A stretch of DNA of 64,000 nt, taken from NCBI GenBank assembly GCA_016203135.1, contig JACQNI010000078.1, positions 1,157 to 65,156 of the forward strand, in the 5' to 3' direction. The stretch is from Candidatus Woesearchaeota archaeon. GTDB lineage: Archaea > Nanobdellota > Nanobdellia > SCGC-AAA011-G17 > JACPNG01. The position numbers and the translations under genes were made by a program. The notes beneath the pieces were generated by a model. The model had not been told where the DNA came from, searched no databases, and was given only the letters and a program-made list of their open reading frames with translations. Of this stretch, positions 58,599-64,000 are shown in pieces (the first letter of the stretch is position 1; every line of letters begins with the position of its first letter).

Positions 58599-59409
58599 TA
58601 TAACACCTCTGTTTAAACTCGCAATGATTACATTTCCATAAATCTTGTGTTCTTAAAGCAGGCCTTTTTTCAAGCCAATATTCCTCTATGAAATTGTATA
58701 TTTCAATAAATTTTTCTTGGTTAAAAATGAAATTATGTTCCTTAATAATATTATCTTTATATCTGTATCTTAAGACTAAATCATCTGATATTTCTGGAAG
58801 TTCTTTAAACCTTAAAAATGTTTTTTTAGCAAGAGACATTATATTTTTGTCTTCTAGGTTTAATTCTTTTGAGAATTCATCGCTAATTTGATGGTTATAT
58901 CTTAGATTGTAATATTTCATGAAATGGATGTAATTAAAATTACCTTTTTTTAGATTGTCAAGTAAAAACTTATAAAGTGTTAATTGAAATTCAGCAGATA
59001 TTACTTGTTCCTTTGAAGGCATTGAATCAGAATGCCTTGTTTTTGTATCTAGAAGCATTATTTTGTTTTCTTTTATTATTAATTCATCTATCATTCCTTT
59101 AATGAATATCTTGTTGATTTTTCCTAGAACAGGGATTTCTCTTATTAATCCTTGACTTAAAAGAATATTAATTGCTTCATTCATATTTATCAATTTTAAT
59201 GCAAGAAAATCATGAAATGTTAAGGGAGAAACCTCTATAATGTCTACTACTTCTTTTTGCAGGTCTTCATGTATTTTCTCTCCTTGAATCATCTCTTTTG
59301 TTTTTTCTTTTCCTAAGTATAGGGAAAACTCAAGCTGTTTTTCACACCATAATTGAGAGCTTAAATCAGTAACATTTACACCAGATTTCCTAAAACTAAT
59401 GGGCTGCAT
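58585..59409 (-). CDS. Cas4-like / RecB-family PD-(D/E)xK nuclease with 4-Cys cluster (DUF83-like)
   Basis: N-terminal Cys (LWCEKQLEF). IHEDLQ, IDEL, LLDTKT (D/ExK), QLTLYKFLL (QhxxY). C-terminal CNHCEFKQRC. No cas genes or CRISPR array nearby. Confidence 0.55.
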   Translation of the reverse strand: MQPISFRKSGVNVTDLSSQLWCEKQLEFSLYLGKEKTKEMIQGEKIHEDLQKEVVDIIEVSPLTFHDFLALKLINMNEAINILLSQGLIREIPVLGKINKIFIKGMIDELIIKENKIMLLDTKTRHSDSMPSKEQVISAEFQLTLYKFLLDNLKKGNFNYIHFMKYYNLRYNHQISDEFSKELNLEDKNIMSLAKKTFLRFKELPEISDDLVLRYRYKDNIIKEHNFIFNQEKFIEIYNFIEEYWLEKRPALRTQDLWKCNHCEFKQRCYNEES

Positions 59410-59498
59410 ATCTGATATAATATTTTATTGGTATTTAATTTTTATGATTAAAGATTTCAATAGATATATTTATTAATTGGAATTGTTTATAGCTTATT

Positions 59499-59813
59499 AT
59501 GGCTGAAAATAAACATAAAAAAGAACTTATTGATGGGATTTTCAAGCAATTTGAGATGCTTTTTGAAAATTCCCAGAATGCCATCTATATTTTTATGGAT
59601 GATACATACAAGGTATGCAACAAAAAGTTTTCTTCACTTTTAGGATATAAATCTCCTGATGAATGGGCAAAGGTAAATAAAAATATACCATCAGTTTTTG
59701 TTGCTGATAAGAGCGTAAGCACTTTGATTAATGCTTATCGCAATGCAATGGAGAAAATGATAGGTTCTTTTAACTTTAACAAGTTTATTAATTTTCCTAT
59801 ATTGCCCAAATAA
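59499..59813 (+). CDS. hypothetical protein (104 aa)
   Basis: ORF only. Confidence 0.3.
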   Translation: MAENKHKKELIDGIFKQFEMLFENSQNAIYIFMDDTYKVCNKKFSSLLGYKSPDEWAKVNKNIPSVFVADKSVSTLINAYRNAMEKMIGSFNFNKFINFPILPK

Positions 59814-59821
59814 AATTAATA

Positions 59822-60379
59822 TCAAACAAACAACAATACTATTGCAGGAATCAATATTAAAATCCAAGCTAATTTACTCCAGGCAAAAACCTTGCTTCCA
59901 TCTAAGTTAAGAATAGGAATCAGGTTAAAAACAGCAAGCCATGCGTTTATCTGCAAGCCATAAGATCCTATTAAAGCTAAAAAACCAGAGGAATAAAACT
60001 TTAAAGGTAGGAATAATAAGGCTAAAATAATGTTTATTAAAGGGCCTATTGCTGAAATCTTTCCATTTTTTTCTTTATTTATGTTGCCATGGATAAAAAC
60101 AGCTCCTGGGGCTGCAAAAATAAAACCAAGAAAACTCAAGGCTATTGCAAGTACTAACATGAAATCAAAAGACCTAAATTCAGCAAAACAGCCATATTTT
60201 TGGGCAAGGTATTTATGGCCTAGTTCATGCAATAAAAAGCCTATGCCAACTGTAAAAATAGACAATATAAAAGTGGTAAATATGCTGTCTGTTAAGCCCC
60301 TTAATAGTATTGCAAAGGCTATGGAAATAGCTAACCAGGCCTTTATTATGTCTATTACCTCTTCTCTTGAGTATTTCAT
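59822..60379 (-). CDS. membrane metalloprotease (HExxH, site-2 protease / M50-like)
   Basis: LLHELGHKYLAQKYG within a polytopic membrane protein. Confidence 0.55.
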   Translation of the reverse strand: MKYSREEVIDIIKAWLAISIAFAILLRGLTDSIFTTFILSIFTVGIGFLLHELGHKYLAQKYGCFAEFRSFDFMLVLAIALSFLGFIFAAPGAVFIHGNINKEKNGKISAIGPLINIILALLFLPLKFYSSGFLALIGSYGLQINAWLAVFNLIPILNLDGSKVFAWSKLAWILILIPAIVLLFV

Positions 60380-60778
60380 AATGATGATTTAACTGATGTT
60401 TTTAAAAACCTTAGTGTTTAACTGAAAAATAGTCCCATAAAGTTTATATATAATCGGGCATATATGAGAATATAGGGGTGTTATTACTTTTTATCATATT
60501 TATAACGCATTGACCCAACCCAGCTATGTTGGTTTTAGTAGCCTCTTTTTCCTACATAAATTGGGTTGGGGTTTTTATTCCTAAGATATAGATAGTTTTT
60601 ACTGGTATGTTGAAAATTTGTTTAATAAGCAAAATAGAAATTCTTGATTTCTTAATAGATTTTTTAAGTAACATTATTAATTATAATGATGATTGAATTA
60701 ATATAAAAAGGTTTCGGAATAATGTTTTTTTTTGTTTTTGGTAAATAAATTTAAAAAGATGGGAAAAAATTAAAATAA

Positions 60779-61429
60779 ATGGTTAATATATGTGGGATAG
60801 ATGAAGCTGGAAGGGGACCTGTAATTGGACCTTTAGTTATTTGTGGGGTTATGGTTAAAGAAGAAAAAATAGGAAAATTAAAAGATATAAAAGTAAAGGA
60901 TTCAAAGCTATTAAGCAGCAAGCAAAGGGAAGATCTTTTTGATAAGATTAAAAAGATAGCTGATAAAATTCTTATTATAGAAATTCAGCCAAAGGAAATT
61001 GATGAAGCTTTAGAAAGCGATAGTTTAAACTTGAACTGGCTGGAAGCTGTTAAAACTGCAGAGATATTAAATAAATTAAAACCTAATAAGGCAATAATAG
61101 ATTGTCCTAGTCCAAATATTAAAAAGTATGAAGAGTATTTGAGAAATTTGCTTGATAATAAAAACTTAGAAATCTTACTACGTCATAACGCTGAGGTATA
61201 CGAAGTTGTTGCGGCTGCTTCGATATTGGCAAAAGTAACCAGAGATCGAGAGATAGAAAAGCTTCAGAAAAAATATGGTAATTTTGGTCCTGGATATCCA
61301 AGCAATCCGATAACACAAAAATTTTTAAAAGAAAACTGGGATAAATATCCTGGATTATTTAGAAAAACATGGGTATCTTGGAAAAATCATAATAATATGA
61401 AAAACCAGAAAAAGATTGAAGAATTTTGA
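60779..61429 (+). CDS. rnhB: ribonuclease HII
   Basis: ICGIDEAGRGPVIGPLVICGV at the N-terminus. Collinear with RNase HII. Confidence 0.9.
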   Translation: MVNICGIDEAGRGPVIGPLVICGVMVKEEKIGKLKDIKVKDSKLLSSKQREDLFDKIKKIADKILIIEIQPKEIDEALESDSLNLNWLEAVKTAEILNKLKPNKAIIDCPSPNIKKYEEYLRNLLDNKNLEILLRHNAEVYEVVAAASILAKVTRDREIEKLQKKYGNFGPGYPSNPITQKFLKENWDKYPGLFRKTWVSWKNHNNMKNQKKIEEF

Positions 61430-61432
61430 TTT

Positions 61433-61825
61433 TTATTTAGATTTTATATCTTCTTTTGTTAACCTAAATTCAGAAAATAAATATCCAAACATTGTTAGAG
61501 ACATAGTGAGGCCAAATAAGGCCACACCACCATCACTTTTACTACGGTAATCTCTAAATTCCTGCATTCTTGTATTTATTTCTGGCCTTTGTTTTAATGT
61601 TGAATATTCATTTTTTATATTTGGTAAATTCATATGATCTTGAGTTGTTAATGATTGGAACGGCATGGATAACTTTTTTTCTAAGCTAACAGCTCTTTCT
61701 ATATCTTGAGAATAAGGCATATTTGTCATTAACCTATTATTGAGGTAAGAATAATATACCCCAAAAATCATACCACTTAGCCCGGCTAAGATTAATCCTT
61801 TAGATATTTTAGTTTTTAGTCCCAT
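61433..61825 (-). CDS. hypothetical membrane protein (130 aa)
   Basis: Two hydrophobic helices. Confidence 0.35.
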   Translation of the reverse strand: MGLKTKISKGLILAGLSGMIFGVYYSYLNNRLMTNMPYSQDIERAVSLEKKLSMPFQSLTTQDHMNLPNIKNEYSTLKQRPEINTRMQEFRDYRSKSDGGVALFGLTMSLTMFGYLFSEFRLTKEDIKSK

Positions 61826-62111
61826 CTTAATTTAACAAACCTTGCTTTTAATAAATATTTCTATTAGATAAATAGGGAATAGGAATCTTATAAACCTAAG
61901 TTAATATCTATTAACTATAGTATATATAAAAACAAGAGTTAACTATTCTTCAATAAGAAATATTAAGATTGTTGTTTATTAAGTCAGGAATGTCTTTAAA
62001 TTAATTAATTGATTACCTGTTGTGATTAAAACTTAGGATTGCACTAAAGCTATATTTAGAAACTTTTTTAAATCAAGAAAAAATTACTTCTTTTGAGGTT
62101 TTCTCAATACA

Positions 62112-64000
62112 ATGACGGCAATAAAGCAATTAAGATTAAGGGGTTTTAAATCTTTCAATAAACTAACTGAGATACCATTTGGAAATGGCTTCAATATGAT
62201 CATAGGCCCAAATGGTGCTGGGAAAACAAATTTGTCAGATTCAATATGTTTTGTTCTTGGAAAAACTTCTGCAAAATCATTAAGGGCTGAAAAATCTGCA
62301 AACTTAATATTTCATGGTGGAAAAAAAGGCAATCCAGCAAAAGAAGCACAAGTAGATATTGTATTTGATAATTCTAAAAAAAGTTTTCCTGTTAATGAAA
62401 AAGATGTAAAACTAAGCAGAATAGTCAGATCTAGCGGGAATTCTATTTATAAAATAAATGATGATACTGTAACAAGACAACAGGTTGTTGATTTACTTTC
62501 TGCTGCAAGGGTAGATCCTGATGGGCATAATATTATCTTGCAAGGAGATATTGTAAGATTTGCAGAGATGAAGCCAGATGAAAGAAGATTGATAATAGAA
62601 GAGGTATCTGGGATATCTGTTTATGAAGATAAAAAATTCAAGGCCTTAAATGAGCTTGATAAGGTAGACAAGAAATTAAATGATGCTTCTATTATACTAA
62701 CTGAAAGGGAAACACATCTTAGAGAATTAAAAAAAGACAGAGACCAGGCTTTAAAATACAAGGAACTAGAAGAAAATATACAAAGAAACAAGGCTACTTA
62801 TTTAAGCTTACAAATAAATGAGAAAAATGAAAAGAAAGAACAATTTGAGAAAAATCTTAACCAGGTTAATTCTGAGTTATTACAATTAAACAAAAACATA
62901 GCTGAGATAAGCAAGGATATAGCAAACAAAAAAGAAGAAATCAAGGAATTAAATAAGGGCATAGAGGAAAAGGGAGAAATAGAGCAAAAAAAACTTTACA
63001 AGGAAATTGAGGATTTAAAGACTGAATTAGTAAAATTAAATTCTAGAAGAGATGTCTGCAAGAATGAAGTTGAAAAAATAGATTCAAGAAAAAAGCAGCT
63101 AGATAAAAATCTTAAGGATATAGATTCAAAGCTTGAAGAACTAGAAAAGGAAAGAAAAAGACTTGAAAAGCAGGAAAATTTAATCAAGATAGAAGAAAAA
63201 AGGCTTTCTGAGGAATTAAAAGGCATAAGACCTGGGATTTTTGGGCAAAAAGAGCTTGAGATCTTAGAAAAAGAAATAGAGAAAAAAGAAAAGGAAATCA
63301 ATGAATTAAATAACTTTATACAAAAAAACATAAGGGAAAAGGATCAATTGGAGTTTCAGCTTTCAAATGTTGATGTAAAAGATACAGTAAATAATATCAA
63401 CAAACATAAAGCTGATTTTAAAAGAGTAACTGTAGAATTAAGCAAGTCATTGAATGATGATTCTTCTTTGTCTGGACAATTAAACAATGCAAGAACCAGC
63501 TTGATAAAAAACAGGGAAGAACTAAGCAAATTAGAGATGAGAAATATTTCCTCGCAAGAAATTTCCAGCTTGGCTGTAAAAAAGGTTTTAGGATTGGGAA
63601 AGGGGATATATGGAACAGTTACTGATCTTGGGAAAGTAAATTCTAAATATTCTATTGCTTTAGGGGTTGCTGCCGGGCAAAAAATGAACAGTGTTGTTGT
63701 TGAGGATGATAAGGTTGCTGAAAAATGCATTCAGTATCTTAAAGACAACAAACTTGGGGTTGTTACTTTTTTGCCTTTAAACAAGATAAGGGCAAGGCCT
63801 ATTGACAATACAGCAAATTCACTAAAAAGCAATAATGGGGTTGTTGATCTTGCAATTAACTTGGTTAAATTTGATTCAAAATTTAAAGATGTTTTTTCCT
63901 ATGTGTTTGGCTCTACTTTAATTGTTAATCATATAGAAGATGCAAGAAAATTAGGGGTTGGAAGAGCTAGAATGGTTACTATTGATGGGGATTTAATGGA
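62112..64000 (+). CDS. smc: chromosome segregation protein SMC (N-terminal part, runs off the window)
   Basis: IKQLRLRGFKSFNKLTEIPFGNGFNMIIGPNGAGKTNLSDSICFVLG Walker A head, long coiled coil, hinge (GTVTDLGKV..., GVAAGQKMNSVVVEDD). Confidence 0.85.
   Translation, partial: MTAIKQLRLRGFKSFNKLTEIPFGNGFNMIIGPNGAGKTNLSDSICFVLGKTSAKSLRAEKSANLIFHGGKKGNPAKEAQVDIVFDNSKKSFPVNEKDVKLSRIVRSSGNSIYKINDDTVTRQQVVDLLSAARVDPDGHNIILQGDIVRFAEMKPDERRLIIEEVSGISVYEDKKFKALNELDKVDKKLNDASIILTERETHLRELKKDRDQALKYKELEENIQRNKATYLSLQINEKNEKKEQFEKNLNQVNSELLQLNKNIAEISKDIANKKEEIKELNKGIEEKGEIEQKKLYKEIEDLKTELVKLNSRRDVCKNEVEKIDSRKKQLDKNLKDIDSKLEELEKERKRLEKQENLIKIEEKRLSEELKGIRPGIFGQKELEILEKEIEKKEKEINELNNFIQKNIREKDQLEFQLSNVDVKDTVNNINKHKADFKRVTVELSKSLNDDSSLSGQLNNARTSLIKNREELSKLEMRNISSQEISSLAVKKVLGLGKGIYGTVTDLGKVNSKYSIALGVAAGQKMNSVVVEDDKVAEKCIQYLKDNKLGVVTFLPLNKIRARPIDNTANSLKSNNGVVDLAINLVKFDSKFKDVFSYVFGSTLIVNHIEDARKLGVGRARMVTIDGDLM

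Noticed and set aside
60510-60565. Inverted repeat ACCCAACCCA ... TGGGTTGGGG in the protease / RNase HII intergenic region
   Set aside because: The roughly 30-nt loop and position between divergent genes make a terminator unlikely. There is no further evidence for an ncRNA, so interest is low.

Overview
This window reads as an AT-rich (about 30% GC) archaeal chromosome segment. The gene content suggests a DPANN-like lineage with many bacterial-type acquisitions, but that phylum call is an inference.

The archaeal information-processing core is clear:
- aIF5B, S6e and aIF2-gamma near the left end.
- An rpoE-spt4-S24e-S27ae cluster.
- An L37ae-rpoP-prefoldin beta cluster.
- cysS, Pth2, Fap7, RtcA, RNase HII, PolX and the start of SMC.
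- A bacterial-type gyrB-HD-gyrA operon ending in an ECF sigma-70-like gene, which is unusual for an archaeon.

RNA genes include tRNA-Glu with a 38-nt canonical intron, tRNA-Pro, two tRNA-Ser genes (one with a 12-nt intron at position 30/31), and an archaeal initiator tRNA-Met with two introns at non-canonical positions (D-loop and anticodon stem).

Mobile and selfish elements:
- A 945-bp IS4/IS5-like insertion sequence with terminal inverted repeats and an 8-bp target duplication lies directly after rps27ae.
- Two free-standing LAGLIDADG homing endonuclease genes each sit next to a tRNA gene. One is flanked by a degenerate copy of the tRNA-Pro 3' end.
- Toxin-antitoxin modules are present: RelE-like, two HicAB pairs, VapBC, and a DUF4258/DUF2283 pair.
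- A roughly 15.4-kb integrated element (about 33151..48518) sits at tRNA-Ser(CGA), bounded by a 13-bp direct repeat of the tRNA 3' end. It carries:
  - a tyrosine integrase next to the tRNA;
  - a second, 660-aa sigma-70-like protein;
  - a Shedu/DUF4263-like nuclease;
  - a 1427-aa secreted protein with a lipase domain;
  - regulators and many unknown genes.

Two translation-related oddities stand out:
- aIF2-gamma is interrupted, exactly inside its GTP-binding P-loop, by a 30-nt in-frame insert with two TAA stops and a perfect 8-bp hairpin.
- One gene (16049..16914) is split at a U-UUU-UUA -1 slippery site.

No CRISPR array or rRNA gene was seen. All calls come from reading the sequence and translated ORFs by eye; no database searches were run.
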